From Bacteroidota bacterium (GTDB lineage: Bacteria; Bacteroidota; Bacteroidia; NS11-12g; UBA9320), in contig JAIBDD010000006.1 in assembly GCA_024679565.1 (NCBI GenBank), positions 24,177 through 88,176 on the forward strand: DNA of 64,000 nucleotides. Reading direction: 5' to 3'. This document shows positions 1-10,278 of the stretch, one piece after another (position 1 is the stretch's first letter; each line of letters begins with the position of its first letter). The notes below the pieces were generated by a model. The model was not told the origin of the DNA. It ran no database searches and saw nothing but the letters and a program-made list of their open reading frames with translations. Made by a program: the position numbers and the translations under genes.

Positions 1-871
1 AAGAGCTGGCCACAATAGAGGCAGCCATTGAGTTGTAGGTGTTGTGTTTCCCACTAATTGTAAGTTGATTTAAATTCATTTTGAATTTTATTTTTGGTTG
101 ATTTAATAGAATGTGAAATGTGTCTTGATCAGCCCAGGCACCTTCTTCCAATTCACTTTGGTATGTGAATGGAATAGACTTAGCTTGAACTGTATTTTGT
201 TTTAAGTAGTTGGTTATTGGGTCCGAATCGGCACAATAAATAAAGGTGTCGCTTTGGGTTTGATTCTGAGTAATTCTGAACTTAGAATCGATATAGTCTT
301 GGTATGTGTTGTAACGGTCTAGGTGATCTGGAGAAATGTTTAACAATACGGCGTAATCCAGCTTGGTTTCAAACATGTAATCCAATTGAAAACTGCTCAA
401 TTCAATGACGTAGTGGGTGTGTGTATCTTGAATAACCTGCCGTGCCAAACTGTTGCCGATGTTCCCAGCAATGCCAACAGAATAGCCTGCTTTATGCAGT
501 AAATGATGGGTCAGCAGCGTAGTTGTGGTTTTCCCGTTTGTACCTGTAATGCCAATGAGTGTTGCCTTGGTGTGCTGGGCGCCAAACTCTATTTCCGAAA
601 TCAACTTAACGCCTTTGTTAAGTAGCTTTTGAACAATTGGCGCTTTGGTTGGAATGCCAGGACTTATAATGGCTAGGTCGGCATTTAAGATTTTTTCCTC
701 CGTATGGTTGCCATGTTCAAAGGCAATTCCTGCCTCTGTGAGTTCAGTCACATATTTCGGTTGAATTTTCCCGAAGTCGGAAACAAAGACGTCGTGATTC
801 AAGTGCTTGGCTAAAATAGCCGCACCTGTCCCGCTTTCGCCTGCTCCTAATATGACTGTTCGTTGGTTCAC
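1..871 (-). CDS. murD: UDP-N-acetylmuramoylalanine--D-glutamate ligase MurD (N-terminal ~290 aa; the C-terminus lies beyond the window start)
   Basis: Minus-strand translation from GTG at 871 gives VNQRTVILGAGESGTGAA... with the Mur-ligase P-loop GITGTNGKTTT. It lies 1 nt downstream of mraY, in the canonical dcw order. Confidence 0.85.
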   Translation of the reverse strand, partial: MNQRTVILGAGESGTGAAILAKHLNHDVFVSDFGKIQPKYVTELTEAGIAFEHGNHTEEKILNADLAIISPGIPTKAPIVQKLLNKGVKLISEIEFGAQHTKATLIGITGTNGKTTTTLLTHHLLHKAGYSVGIAGNIGNSLARQVIQDTHTHYVIELSSFQLDYMFETKLDYAVLLNISPDHLDRYNTYQDYIDSKFRITQNQTQSDTFIYCADSDPITNYLKQNTVQAKSIPFTYQSELEEGAWADQDTFHILLNQPKIKFKMNLNQLTISGKHNTYNSMAASIVASS

Positions 872-872
872 T

Positions 873-2132
873 TTATCTTAATTTGAATGTGATGAGGGTT
901 ACGGCTGCGAGCATGATTCCGACAATCCAAAAACGTGTGACGATTTTTGGTTCTGGGTACCCGAGTTTTTGGTAGTGATGGTGTAACGGCGACATTTTGA
1001 ATATGCGCTTACCCTCTCCAAATCGTTTTTTGGTGTATTTGAAATAACTCACCTGGATCATTACAGACAGGTTTTCGGCCAAGAAAATCCCACATAGAAT
1101 TGGGATCAATAATTCTTTTCGAAGAATGATGGCGAATACAGCGATGATGCCACCAAGGGCTAAACTTCCGGTGTCGCCCATAAACACTTGAGCAGGGTAG
1201 GAGTTGTACCACAAAAAGCCAATACACGCCCCTACAAAAGCAGCACCGAATATGACAAGCTCACTCTGGAAGGGAATGAACATAACATTGAGGTATTTGG
1301 CGAAAACCGCGTTGCCAGAAATGTATGCCAGTACAGCTAGCGTTAATCCAATAATGGCGCTTGTACCTGCGGCTAATCCATCAATTCCATCTGTGAGGTT
1401 GGCGCCGTTCGAAACTGCGATAATGATGAATGTGACGATGAGCACATAAACAATCCAAGCATATTTTTTGGCAGTTTCTTTATCTAAAAAGAAAAGAATG
1501 TCGGCATAATCGAACTCATGACTTTTAACAAAAGGTATTGTAGTGGTCGTTGATTTGGTATCAATCACATAAACCGTTTCACCTGCATCATTGGTTATCG
1601 TTTCGGTAGCCGCATCAATCTCGGTTTGCGTTGCAACACGTTCATTGACAAAGTCTCTCACAACAACTTCGTTATTGTAGTAAAGGCTTAATCCAATTAT
1701 TAATCCTAAACCCAGTTGACCAACGACCTTGAACTTTCCTGCAAGCCCGGCTTTATCCTTTTTAAATACTTTTATGTAGTCATCCAAAAAGCCAATCAGT
1801 CCTAACCAAACTGTTGTGATGATCATGAGGATCACGTATACATTTCGGAATTTAGCAAAGAGTAGGGTTGGGATGAGGATGGCCGCTATGATAATCAGAC
1901 CACCCATGGTTGGTGTTCCTTTTTTCTCTGCTTGGCCTTCCAAACCGAGTTCTCTAATGGTTTCTCCAACTTGTTTCTTACGTAACTTCTCAATCAATGT
2001 TTTGCCAAAAAACAAACTGATCATGAGCGAAACGATGATTGCCATGATGGCTCTAAACGAGCTAAATTCAAAGACACCAGCGCCGGGTATACTAAAATGT
2101 TCTTCGAGGTAGCGGAATAAATAATACAGCAT
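873..2132 (-). CDS. mraY: phospho-N-acetylmuramoyl-pentapeptide transferase MraY
   Basis: 419-aa polytopic membrane protein. It carries MraY motifs ([13 protein letters not shown] and the C-terminal HHH region) and sits in the dcw context between murE and murD. Confidence 0.9.
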   Translation of the reverse strand: MLYYLFRYLEEHFSIPGAGVFEFSSFRAIMAIIVSLMISLFFGKTLIEKLRKKQVGETIRELGLEGQAEKKGTPTMGGLIIIAAILIPTLLFAKFRNVYVILMIITTVWLGLIGFLDDYIKVFKKDKAGLAGKFKVVGQLGLGLIIGLSLYYNNEVVVRDFVNERVATQTEIDAATETITNDAGETVYVIDTKSTTTTIPFVKSHEFDYADILFFLDKETAKKYAWIVYVLIVTFIIIAVSNGANLTDGIDGLAAGTSAIIGLTLAVLAYISGNAVFAKYLNVMFIPFQSELVIFGAAFVGACIGFLWYNSYPAQVFMGDTGSLALGGIIAVFAIILRKELLIPILCGIFLAENLSVMIQVSYFKYTKKRFGEGKRIFKMSPLHHHYQKLGYPEPKIVTRFWIVGIMLAAVTLITFKLR

Positions 2133-2135
2133 AGC

Positions 2136-3596
2136 TTATGAAATTTGAGAGGCGTTTTTGATGAATATTTCTTTATCGTCGAAGGGGTGTTTTACACCCT
2201 TGATTTCCTGATAGGTTTCATGACCCTTTCCGGCAATCAAAATGATGTCGTTTGGTTGTGATAGGCTCAAGGCCGTACGAATAGCCTGTTCTCTATCAGT
2301 GATTTTCAAAACTTTTTTATAATGCTGCGGGGGTATTCCGGTTTGCATATCAGCCAAAATGGCTTCAGGATTTTCAGACCTAGGGTTGTCAGAAGTAAGA
2401 ATAACTCTATCACTCAGCTCGGTAGATACCTTCGCCATCATAGGTCGTTTGTCATGGTCTCGATTTCCTCCACATCCCACTACGGTTATCAACTGCTCAT
2501 TTTTAGAGCGAATGGCATTAATGGTTTCAAGCACATTTTGAAGTGCATCTGGCGTATGTGCGTAATCAATTACACCAACTACTTTGTTAGGTGCTTTGAT
2601 GTATTCGAACCTGCCACTTACAGCGGTTAAACTTGTAAGGGCAGTAATGATTTGTTCGGATTCTTGGCCGAGAATAAAAGCAGTTGCGTATACAGTGAGT
2701 AAGTTGTAAGCATTGAACTTTCCTACCAACGAATACCATGCTTCTTTCCGATCAATCTCCAGCAGCATTCCATTGAAATCGTGCTCGATTATTCGTGCCT
2801 TAAAATCAGAAACAGAATGTAGGGCGTAGGTGTATTTGGTTGCTTTGGTGTTTTGCACCATCACCATGCCGTTCTTGTCGTCCTTGTTGGTTAAAGCAAA
2901 GGCATTGGAGCTCAATTGGTCGAATAAGGACTTTTTAACGTCACGATATTCTGCGAAAGTGTTGTGGTAGTCTAAATGGTCATGGGTGATGTTAGTAAAC
3001 GCCGCCATTTCGAACACTAAACCACCGATACGTTTCTGATGGATAGCATGCGAGCTCACCTCCATAAAGCAATGTGAGCACCCATCAGCGACCATTAACG
3101 CCAACAATTTGTTAAGGTTTATGGCATCTGGAGTGGTGTGGGTAGTTGGGTGTACCGTGTTGTTTATGCGATTTTCCACAGTGCTAAGTAGTCCAGTCTT
3201 AAATCCTAGTTTTAGGTATAGCTTGTATAGTAAAGTGGCTACGGTAGTTTTTCCATTCGTGCCTGTTACGCCAATAAGTTTTAGTTTTTTACTTGGCTGG
3301 TCGTAGTACGCTGAGGCAAGTAAGCCAACCATATGTGTGGTGCTTTGCGTTTGTACAAAAGTCACCTTTGGTGGCAGTGGTGTTGGCAGTTGTTCGCAAA
3401 CCACAACTTTGGCCCCCTTCTCAATGGTTGCACCTATAAATCGATGACCGTCAATAAGGTTTCCGTCAATGGCGATAAATACGTCAGAGGGTTGTATTTG
3501 ACGAGAATCGATGTGTAGCTGGCCGATTTCGATTTCTTTGTTTCCAGTCACCGAATACGGATATTCTTTGGGCAATATGTCTATCAGTCGCTTCAT
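2136..3596 (-). CDS. murE: UDP-N-acetylmuramoyl-L-alanyl-D-glutamate--2,6-diaminopimelate ligase MurE
   Basis: 486 aa with the Mur-ligase P-loop GVTGTNGKTT and a C-terminal DNPR motif. Position in the dcw cluster. Confidence 0.9.
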   Translation of the reverse strand: MKRLIDILPKEYPYSVTGNKEIEIGQLHIDSRQIQPSDVFIAIDGNLIDGHRFIGATIEKGAKVVVCEQLPTPLPPKVTFVQTQSTTHMVGLLASAYYDQPSKKLKLIGVTGTNGKTTVATLLYKLYLKLGFKTGLLSTVENRINNTVHPTTHTTPDAINLNKLLALMVADGCSHCFMEVSSHAIHQKRIGGLVFEMAAFTNITHDHLDYHNTFAEYRDVKKSLFDQLSSNAFALTNKDDKNGMVMVQNTKATKYTYALHSVSDFKARIIEHDFNGMLLEIDRKEAWYSLVGKFNAYNLLTVYATAFILGQESEQIITALTSLTAVSGRFEYIKAPNKVVGVIDYAHTPDALQNVLETINAIRSKNEQLITVVGCGGNRDHDKRPMMAKVSTELSDRVILTSDNPRSENPEAILADMQTGIPPQHYKKVLKITDREQAIRTALSLSQPNDIILIAGKGHETYQEIKGVKHPFDDKEIFIKNASQIS

Positions 3597-5692
3597 AGAA
3601 TTGGCCGTAAATCGAGGTAAATGGTTCTGCCTTTGGCCATTTTCGAGCCAGGCAATGGAGACTGTTTGAATACCTTGCCGTATCCTTTATGTTGAATTTT
3701 ATATCCCTTGTTTTCGAATAGATAAAGACAAGAGGCTAGTCCAAAGCCAGAAACATCTGGCATCGTATTGTCGCTAAATGGAACTACATCGCCAACCAGC
3801 TCACCATCTACTGGTGCCAATCTTACGTAATCATGGTTACGGGCATCTATGTCGTACGGTACGTCAAGCTGTTTGCAGGTTGTCTTTACGTATTTGTACT
3901 TTGAGCTGATTAAACTTGGTAAAAAAGCAGTGTCGAGAGGTGTTACCTTTCTGTGAACAGCGTTTGCATATATTTTTAATGCGATTTCCTTAAAGACAGG
4001 TAAGGCAACTGCTGAACCATAAATCCGTCCTTTGGAAGGACGGCTGATTAATACAATTAAGGTGTATTTCGGGTTGTCGGCAGGGAAGTAGCCAACAAAG
4101 CTGCTATGATAGTCTTTTGAATATCCTTGAGCGTCATCAGATATTCTAGAAGTACCTGTTTTGCCTGCAACTTTAAACGTGAGATTTTTTAGTTTTTGAG
4201 ATGCCGTACCTCGAATCACAACACCTTCAAGCATTGTTTTAACATCTTCAAGCGTAGATGGACTGCATATCTTTTTGTTATTGATGTGCGGCTCATTTTC
4301 AGTCTCAATCTTGCCAAACGATCCTGTGCCCGAAATGATATACGGTCGCATCATTACACCGTTGTTGGCAACAGCATTGTACAGCATTGCCACATGTAAT
4401 GGGCTCATTTTTGCTGAGTAACCAATAGATAGTGAGGGGATGGCCATACCCGACCAGCCTTGTTTGCCTGGACGAAGTATTGTCGGAACCACTTCGCCTT
4501 TAATGCCAGTTTGTAAAGGTTCGGTTAACTGTAATCGGTCAAAAAAGTCAATGAACTCATCTGGGTCATTTCTGAACCCTTTAAATGCAATGGTCGAAAT
4601 GCCAACGTTAGACGACTGCTCGAATACTTGTTGGTATGTTAAGTTGTTGACCTTGGTGTGCCCACTATCTTCAATGCTGTCGTTTTCGAAAAATTTGTAT
4701 TTGCCTTTATAAACCTTTACGGAGTCGTCGATTTCTACATCGTCATTCTCGATAGCCGCAATCGCTGAAACTAGTTTGATCGTACTGCCAGGTTCGTAAC
4801 CAGTGCCTATGGCATGATTAAATCGCTCACTCAAACCATCTTCAGTGTTGTCGATGTTTGCAATGGCTTTAATTTGACCCGTTTTAACCTCGAGCAAAAC
4901 GGCAGTGCCATATTCAGCTTCGTTTGCCAGAATGCCCTTGCTCAAGGCCTCATGAATCATATCTTGTAGATGGATGTCTACCGTGGTGAAAACATCCTTG
5001 CCGTCTTGAGCACTAATTTTCATGTCGTTCTCGAGTGGCCTGTAGTTTCCTCCAGTCAACCTGCGAACAACTAATTTTCCATCTTTTCCTGTTAAAATGT
5101 CATCGAAGCTGGCTTCGATGCCTGCCCCTTTATGGTTTTCGTTAATAAAGCCAATGGTTCTGTGCATTAAACCGTAATACGGCTTTTTGCGAATGGTTCT
5201 TTCCTCTAATAAAATGCCGCCTTTGAAACGACCTGAGTTGAATATTGGAAGAGATTTTATTGATTTTGACTGTATAAAGCTGGCATTGCGAATGACGGTG
5301 ACATACTTCCTCTTTTTTTGATAACCCTCTCGCAAAAGTGCCAAGTATTCTTCTTTGGTTCGGTTTTTTAAGACCGTACTCATGTTTGCAGCCAAAATGG
5401 ATTGGTAGCTTTTAAATGAATCCTTATGGTGTTCGTGTATAACCGAGAAGTCTATACTGATTTTGTAAATAGGGACTGATGTCGCCAGTAGGCTGCCATC
5501 GTCAGAGTATATGCTGCCACGTACTGCAGGTATTTGCTGATGACGTACATGTAGACTGTCACCAATGGCTCTCCATTCGTCTCCTTCTGCGTACTGAACT
5601 CGAACGATGGAGTAAACAATTGCCCCACCTAGAATGGTCAACATTAAAATGCTGACTAACACACGCCACAATATGTCTTTTTTAACGTTCAA
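3593..5692 (-). CDS. ftsI: penicillin-binding protein 3 / FtsI transpeptidase
   Basis: 699 aa with an N-terminal TM anchor, a PBP dimerisation region and a transpeptidase domain with STIK (SxxK), SxN and KTG motifs. Lies between ftsL and murE. Confidence 0.85.
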   Translation of the reverse strand: MNVKKDILWRVLVSILMLTILGGAIVYSIVRVQYAEGDEWRAIGDSLHVRHQQIPAVRGSIYSDDGSLLATSVPIYKISIDFSVIHEHHKDSFKSYQSILAANMSTVLKNRTKEEYLALLREGYQKKRKYVTVIRNASFIQSKSIKSLPIFNSGRFKGGILLEERTIRKKPYYGLMHRTIGFINENHKGAGIEASFDDILTGKDGKLVVRRLTGGNYRPLENDMKISAQDGKDVFTTVDIHLQDMIHEALSKGILANEAEYGTAVLLEVKTGQIKAIANIDNTEDGLSERFNHAIGTGYEPGSTIKLVSAIAAIENDDVEIDDSVKVYKGKYKFFENDSIEDSGHTKVNNLTYQQVFEQSSNVGISTIAFKGFRNDPDEFIDFFDRLQLTEPLQTGIKGEVVPTILRPGKQGWSGMAIPSLSIGYSAKMSPLHVAMLYNAVANNGVMMRPYIISGTGSFGKIETENEPHINNKKICSPSTLEDVKTMLEGVVIRGTASQKLKNLTFKVAGKTGTSRISDDAQGYSKDYHSSFVGYFPADNPKYTLIVLISRPSKGRIYGSAVALPVFKEIALKIYANAVHRKVTPLDTAFLPSLISSKYKYVKTTCKQLDVPYDIDARNHDYVRLAPVDGELVGDVVPFSDNTMPDVSGFGLASCLYLFENKGYKIQHKGYGKVFKQSPLPGSKMAKGRTIYLDLRPIL

Positions 5693-6015
5693 TCGTCTTC
5701 AATATTGAGATCTACGGGGGCTTCTGATATTGGTATTAATCCTTTGTCTGACAGTCGTTTAGCAACGTCTGATTGCTTGTTCTGTCCAACTATTTCTGAT
5801 TTTAATGTGATGTATTCGGCACGGAGCTCTTTAAGTTCTGATTTAACCTTTTCAGAACGTCGATGCTTCTTGTCTGATTGATGCGAGTTGTATACATATG
5901 GAATCGCCAGTAAGCCGATAAATACTATCAGACCTAGTATTTGATTACTTGATAGTTCTTTCAAACTATGTAATCCATTACTGGACTCGGATGATATGTT
6001 TGACTTCGTGCTCAT
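5689..6015 (-). CDS. ftsL: cell division protein FtsL-like (small bitopic coiled-coil protein)
   Basis: 108 aa with a single TM segment followed by a coiled-coil-like region. Conserved dcw position between rsmH and ftsI, with 4-nt overlaps on both sides. Confidence 0.6.
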   Translation of the reverse strand: MSTKSNISSESSNGLHSLKELSSNQILGLIVFIGLLAIPYVYNSHQSDKKHRRSEKVKSELKELRAEYITLKSEIVGQNKQSDVAKRLSDKGLIPISEAPVDLNIEDD

Positions 6016-6917
6016 ATGCGTTCAGCAATACGCAGTTTTGCGCTTCTAGATCTTGGGTTAAGGGCTATTTCTTGTTCGGTAGCAACTATGGGTTTTCGGT
6101 TAATCAGTTTAAACGGGCGGTTAGATCTACCGAAAGCGTCTGTTTCCACATGGCCGTCGAAATTTCCAGATTGCATAAAGGTTTTTACCAAGCGGTCTTC
6201 TAAGCTGTGGTAAGACATTACCACGAGTCGTGCTCCAGGTTTTAAGCTCTCTAGTGAGTTGGTTAGTAAAGACTTAAGTACGCCAAGCTCGTCATTGACC
6301 TCAATACGAAGAGCCTGAAAAAGCTGTGCTAGCTCTTTATTTCGTTGTTTAGGAATGGTAAATTCTTCGGTGATCTCAGCGAGTTGACCTGTGGTGGCTA
6401 TTGGTGTGTTTTTGCGGTAAGCCACAATTTTGTTCGCCAATTTCCATGCGTAACGAATTTCTCCGTATTGCTTAAATAGGCGACTAAGATCTTCAACAGA
6501 ATAGCTATTCACGATTTCGTAGGCGTCTAAGTCTTGGTCTTGATTCATCCGCATGTCGAGTTCAGCGTCAAACCGAAACGAGAATCCTCTTTCACCTTCA
6601 TCAATTTGATGCGATGAAATTCCTAAGTCAGCTAATATTCCATCAACCTTTTCGTTGTCATAATATTTCAGAAAGTTTTTGATGAATTGAAAATTATGGT
6701 TGACAAAAATTAGGTTGTTGTGGTCTTCTAATGAATCTAACGCATCATTGTCCTGGTCAAAAGCAATGAGCTTTCCGTTCGGTATTCGTTCTAAAATGGC
6801 GCGGGCATGTCCTCCTCCTCCGTAAGTCACATCCACATAAACACCGTCGTCTTTCAGCTGGAGGCCTTCTAGGCACTCATTCAGCATGACGGGTATGTGA
6901 TATTTACGATTCTCCAT
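6012..6917 (-). CDS. rsmH: 16S rRNA (cytosine1402-N4)-methyltransferase RsmH (MraW)
   Basis: 301 aa. The sequence HIPVMLNE...DGVYVDVTYGGGGH...LAPGARLVVMSYHSLEDRLVK is the typical RsmH SAM-methyltransferase signature. Confidence 0.9.
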   Translation of the reverse strand: MENRKYHIPVMLNECLEGLQLKDDGVYVDVTYGGGGHARAILERIPNGKLIAFDQDNDALDSLEDHNNLIFVNHNFQFIKNFLKYYDNEKVDGILADLGISSHQIDEGERGFSFRFDAELDMRMNQDQDLDAYEIVNSYSVEDLSRLFKQYGEIRYAWKLANKIVAYRKNTPIATTGQLAEITEEFTIPKQRNKELAQLFQALRIEVNDELGVLKSLLTNSLESLKPGARLVVMSYHSLEDRLVKTFMQSGNFDGHVETDAFGRSNRPFKLINRKPIVATEQEIALNPRSRSAKLRIAERI

Positions 6918-7365
6918 CTACGTCGTCTCCCATTACATCTTCGGCCAAGTCAGCATAATCGTCTGGATCTATTTCCATTTGATCGTCATATACCTTCTTA
7001 GACCATATTTCAATTTTGTTTTCGTAAGCGTAGAACACAACCTCCGAGTCAATTTCGGCATAGGCGCAAAGCTTTTTTGGAAGAAGTATTCTGGAAGCGG
7101 TATCAATTTTTACCTCGGTGGCACCACTGTTAAACAGGCGCTTAAACTTTCGATCATTCCGTTTGAAGTCACTCAGTTTGCTCAGTTTTTTGGTTTCTGA
7201 GTCCCAATCTTTTCGGGTAAAAAGCGTAAGGCATTTGTCGAACCCACGATTAATAACCATCCGGGTCAATGCCTCTTTCGGAATCTGACGTTTTAAACCG
7301 GCAGGAACGATTGTACGACCCTTGTCGTCCACCTTACATTCATATTCACCGATATAACCCGACAT
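6904..7365 (-). CDS. mraZ: transcriptional regulator MraZ
   Basis: 153 aa, MGYIGEYECKVDDKGR..., with the duplicated MraZ/SpoVT-AbrB fold. It is the first gene of the dcw cluster and has cognate GTGG repeats upstream. Confidence 0.9.
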   Translation of the reverse strand: MSGYIGEYECKVDDKGRTIVPAGLKRQIPKEALTRMVINRGFDKCLTLFTRKDWDSETKKLSKLSDFKRNDRKFKRLFNSGATEVKIDTASRILLPKKLCAYAEIDSEVVFYAYENKIEIWSKKVYDDQMEIDPDDYADLAEDVMGDDVDGES

Positions 7366-7410
7366 GCTTTATAGTTGATATAAAAATTCGATGTAAAAGT
7401 ATTACAGAAT

Positions 7411-7440
7411 CTCCCACTTTCTACCACTTTCTCCCACTTT
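7411..7440 (-). promoter_or_regulatory. MraZ operator: three direct AAAGTGG(G/T)AG repeats at exact 10-bp periodicity (minus-strand reading), 46-75 bp upstream of the mraZ start
   Basis: Plus strand reads ctcccactttctaccactttctcccacttt. The reverse complement is AAAGTGGGAG AAAGTGGTAG AAAGTGGGAG, which matches the known MraZ-binding repeat consensus AAAGTG[GT][GA] x3. Confidence 0.75.
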
Positions 7441-7631
7441 TTTACATAAAATGTTTCCACAAGACACTTAAATATCAGTAAATCAATAGATTATATGGTG
7501 GGATGAAAATGTACGAATTGCATGAATTTTGACTCTATTGCCGTGGTTTAAACGGCATATTGGGCACAAAAGAGGGGGTGATGACGTTAAATGGGTGAAT
7601 GTGGAGGGGAATAATTATCACCTAAATTAGG

Positions 7632-7639
7632 TAAGTTTG
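7632..7639 (+). promoter_or_regulatory. candidate Bacteroidota sigma-A -7 element TAAGTTTG (TAnnTTTG) upstream of the UpxY-like gene
   Basis: Exact TAnnTTTG match ending 17 nt before the ATG at 7656. Confidence 0.4.
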
Positions 7640-7655
7640 TGAACCCAAATAATCT

Positions 7656-8180
7656 ATGAAAATGAAGGCTGAAACAAGGTGGCATGTTGTGTATGTGATG
7701 TCACGTCAAGAAAAGAAAGTTGCCAAGCGATTGGCCGATCAGCGCATAGAACATTACTTACCCATTGCCAAACGTTTAAGCACTTGGAGTGACAGAAAAA
7801 AATGGGTGGACTTCCCGATGTTCAATGGCTATTTGTTTGTTAGGCCACTACCTACCCAAAAAGATGCTGTTGTTCAAACAATCGGTGTGGTCGGCTATTT
7901 AACTTTTAGCGGAAATCATGCCGTAGTAACCGACAGAGAAATTGAAATAATCCGCACCATTGAAACCGAAGGGTATTTTGCAGAAACAATTTTAAATCCA
8001 AAGGATTTTGAAGAAGGGGAGAGCCTTTTGGTTGTTGAAGGCCCTCTTAAAGGACAACAAGTTGATTTAGTAAGAAAAAATAACGAGCGTATTTTTCTTA
8101 TATCCTTTGATACTCTAGGTCAGAGCATCAAGGTAAATATGCCTTTTGAATTTTTACAGAAAGTGCAGGAAGAAAGCTAA
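7656..8180 (+). CDS. UpxY/NusG-like transcription antitermination protein (NusG paralog)
   Basis: 174 aa. The N-terminal sequence WHVVYVMSRQEKKVAKRL has the NusG NGN-domain pattern, and there is a C-terminal KOW-like segment. The size is typical of Bacteroidota UpxY/UpdY-family paralogs. Confidence 0.7.
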   Translation: MKMKAETRWHVVYVMSRQEKKVAKRLADQRIEHYLPIAKRLSTWSDRKKWVDFPMFNGYLFVRPLPTQKDAVVQTIGVVGYLTFSGNHAVVTDREIEIIRTIETEGYFAETILNPKDFEEGESLLVVEGPLKGQQVDLVRKNNERIFLISFDTLGQSIKVNMPFEFLQKVQEES

Positions 8181-8503
8181 ACAGCAAAGCTTTCGCCGCA
8201 GCCGCAAGTACGGGTTGCGTTAGGGTTGATAAAGTTGAAACCCTTTCCATTTAAACCATCTGTGAAATCAAGCTCAGTGCCACATAAGTATAGAAAGCTT
8301 TTCATGTCGCAAACGATTTTTTCACCGTCGCTTTCAAATACTTGATCGCCTTCTTTTTCTTCGTTATCGAAATCTAGATTGTAGCTTAATCCACTGCAAC
8401 CTCCGCCGACAACTGAAACACGCATAAAGTATTCAGAAGATAAATTCTCTTCTGTCTTCAATTCGTTTAATTTTTCTAAAGCTGGGGGGGTAATCGTAAT
8501 CAT
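8177..8503 (-). CDS. iscA: iron-sulfur cluster insertion protein (HesB/IscA/ErpA family)
   Basis: 108 aa. Has the SVVGGGCSGLSY cysteine motif and the C-terminal CGCGESF motif of A-type carriers. Lies downstream of iscU. Confidence 0.85.
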   Translation of the reverse strand: MITITPPALEKLNELKTEENLSSEYFMRVSVVGGGCSGLSYNLDFDNEEKEGDQVFESDGEKIVCDMKSFLYLCGTELDFTDGLNGKGFNFINPNATRTCGCGESFAV

Positions 8504-8514
8504 AGAAATTGTAT

Positions 8515-8913
8515 TTAAACGATGGCTTCTAAACCTTGTTTTGTACGGTAGTCGTTAATCGCTGTTTTAATAGCGTCTTCAGCAAGAACCGAACAGTGAA
8601 TTTTTACTGGAGGCAAGGCAAGTTCTTCAACAATTGCCATGTTGTCAATTTCCATTGCTTCTTGAACCGTTTTCCCTTTCAACCATTCTGTTGCAAGAGA
8701 AGATGAAGCTATGGCAGAACCACAACCAAAGGTTTTAAATTTGGCATCCTCTATAATTCCACTTTCTTCATTTACCTGAATTTGAAGACGCATTACGTCA
8801 CCGCACTCAGGGGCTCCAACCAAACCAGTACCTACATTGCTTTCTTCTTTGTTTAAAGTGCCAATGTTTCTTGGGTTGCTGTAATGGTCAATTACTTTTT
8901 CTGAATAAGCCAT
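8515..8913 (-). CDS. iscU: Fe-S cluster assembly scaffold IscU
   Basis: 132 aa with the three conserved Cys (GAPECGD, GCGSAIASS, HCSVLA) and an LPPVK-like motif. Lies between iscS and iscA. Confidence 0.9.
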   Translation of the reverse strand: MAYSEKVIDHYSNPRNIGTLNKEESNVGTGLVGAPECGDVMRLQIQVNEESGIIEDAKFKTFGCGSAIASSSLATEWLKGKTVQEAMEIDNMAIVEELALPPVKIHCSVLAEDAIKTAINDYRTKQGLEAIV

Positions 8914-8938
8914 ATTTCTTTTTTTCTGTTTTTAATAA

Positions 8939-10153
8939 TTAATGTTCTTGCCACTCAACTGATTTGAGGTCAATGCCTTCCTTAAACATCTCCCAAAGTG
9001 GACTCATGTCGCGCAGTTTGTGTACTGCCGTTTTAACGTGATCTATTGCAAAATCAATTTCTTCGTCGGTGGTATAACGACCAAGGCCGAAACGCAATGA
9101 AGAGTGTGCTAAGTCATCGTCCAAACCTAAATTTTTAAGTACGTAACTTGGTTCTAAAGATGCCGAAGTACAAGCTGATCCAGAAGATACAGCTAGGTCC
9201 TTAATGCCCATCATTAGTCCTTCGCCTTCTACATGCTTAAACGAAATGTTTGCTACATGTGGTAAACGATGATCCGTATTTCCGTTTACATAAGACTCTT
9301 CTATATGAAGCAATTCCGACTCGAGGCGATCTCGCATCTTAGACAATTTTTCTGCTTCTTCAGCCATTTCATTCATGCTGATTTCACAGGCTTTCCCAAA
9401 TCCAACGATTCCAGGAACGTTTAAAGTGCCACTTCGCATACCGCGCTCATGTCCTCCACCATCAAGTTGTGAAGTTACCTTTACTCTTGGATTTTTTCGA
9501 CGTACATACAAAGCTCCAACGCCTTTAGGTCCGTACATCTTATGTGCAGTGAACGACATCAAATCGATGTTTTGAGCATTCACATCTACTGGTACTTTAC
9601 CTACAGCTTGCGTCGCATCTGTATGCAGTAAAACATTGTGCTTTCGCGCAATTGCCGATATATCTTCAATTGGCTGTAAAACCCCTATTTCATTATTTCC
9701 GTACATGATAGAAATAAGAATGGTTTTGGGTGTTATTGCAGCTTCTAAGTCCGAAAGATTAATAAGTCCATCTTCGTTAGGGGATAGGTAGGTGACTTCA
9801 CCTCCCATTTTTTCAATGTGCTTGCATGAATCCAAAACAGCTTTGTGCTCTGTATTCACTGTAATGATATGATTCCCTTTTCGTGCATACATTTCGTACA
9901 CACCTTTAATTGCTAAATTATCTGCTTCAGTAGCACCTGAAGTGAAAATTATTTCCTTAGGGTTAGCGTTGATTAGCTTAGCTACTTGCTCACGCGCATA
10001 ATCAACAGCTTCTTCAGCTGTCCAACCAAAGGCATGATTACGACTAGCAGCATTACCAAACTTGCTGTTGAAGTATGGCAGCATAGCTTCAAGGACTCGT
10101 GGGTCCATCGGTGTAGTGGCGTTATTGTCTAAGTATATCGGGAACGATAACAT
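8939..10153 (-). CDS. iscS: cysteine desulfurase IscS (PLP-dependent)
   Basis: 404 aa. Has the [15 protein letters not shown]-lysine region and the SSGSACTS active-site Cys loop. First gene of the isc operon. Confidence 0.9.
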   Translation of the reverse strand: MLSFPIYLDNNATTPMDPRVLEAMLPYFNSKFGNAASRNHAFGWTAEEAVDYAREQVAKLINANPKEIIFTSGATEADNLAIKGVYEMYARKGNHIITVNTEHKAVLDSCKHIEKMGGEVTYLSPNEDGLINLSDLEAAITPKTILISIMYGNNEIGVLQPIEDISAIARKHNVLLHTDATQAVGKVPVDVNAQNIDLMSFTAHKMYGPKGVGALYVRRKNPRVKVTSQLDGGGHERGMRSGTLNVPGIVGFGKACEISMNEMAEEAEKLSKMRDRLESELLHIEESYVNGNTDHRLPHVANISFKHVEGEGLMMGIKDLAVSSGSACTSASLEPSYVLKNLGLDDDLAHSSLRFGLGRYTTDEEIDFAIDHVKTAVHKLRDMSPLWEMFKEGIDLKSVEWQEH

Positions 10154-10278
10154 GCTTATTTTTATTTAGATTAATTCTATTCTGCAAATATAACGACTCT
10201 AGCACAAAAAAGGTTCAGACCAAATTGCAATTATTTACTCAACTTTTTTTTGACCATCTTTGAATAAAATTCGCAGCC

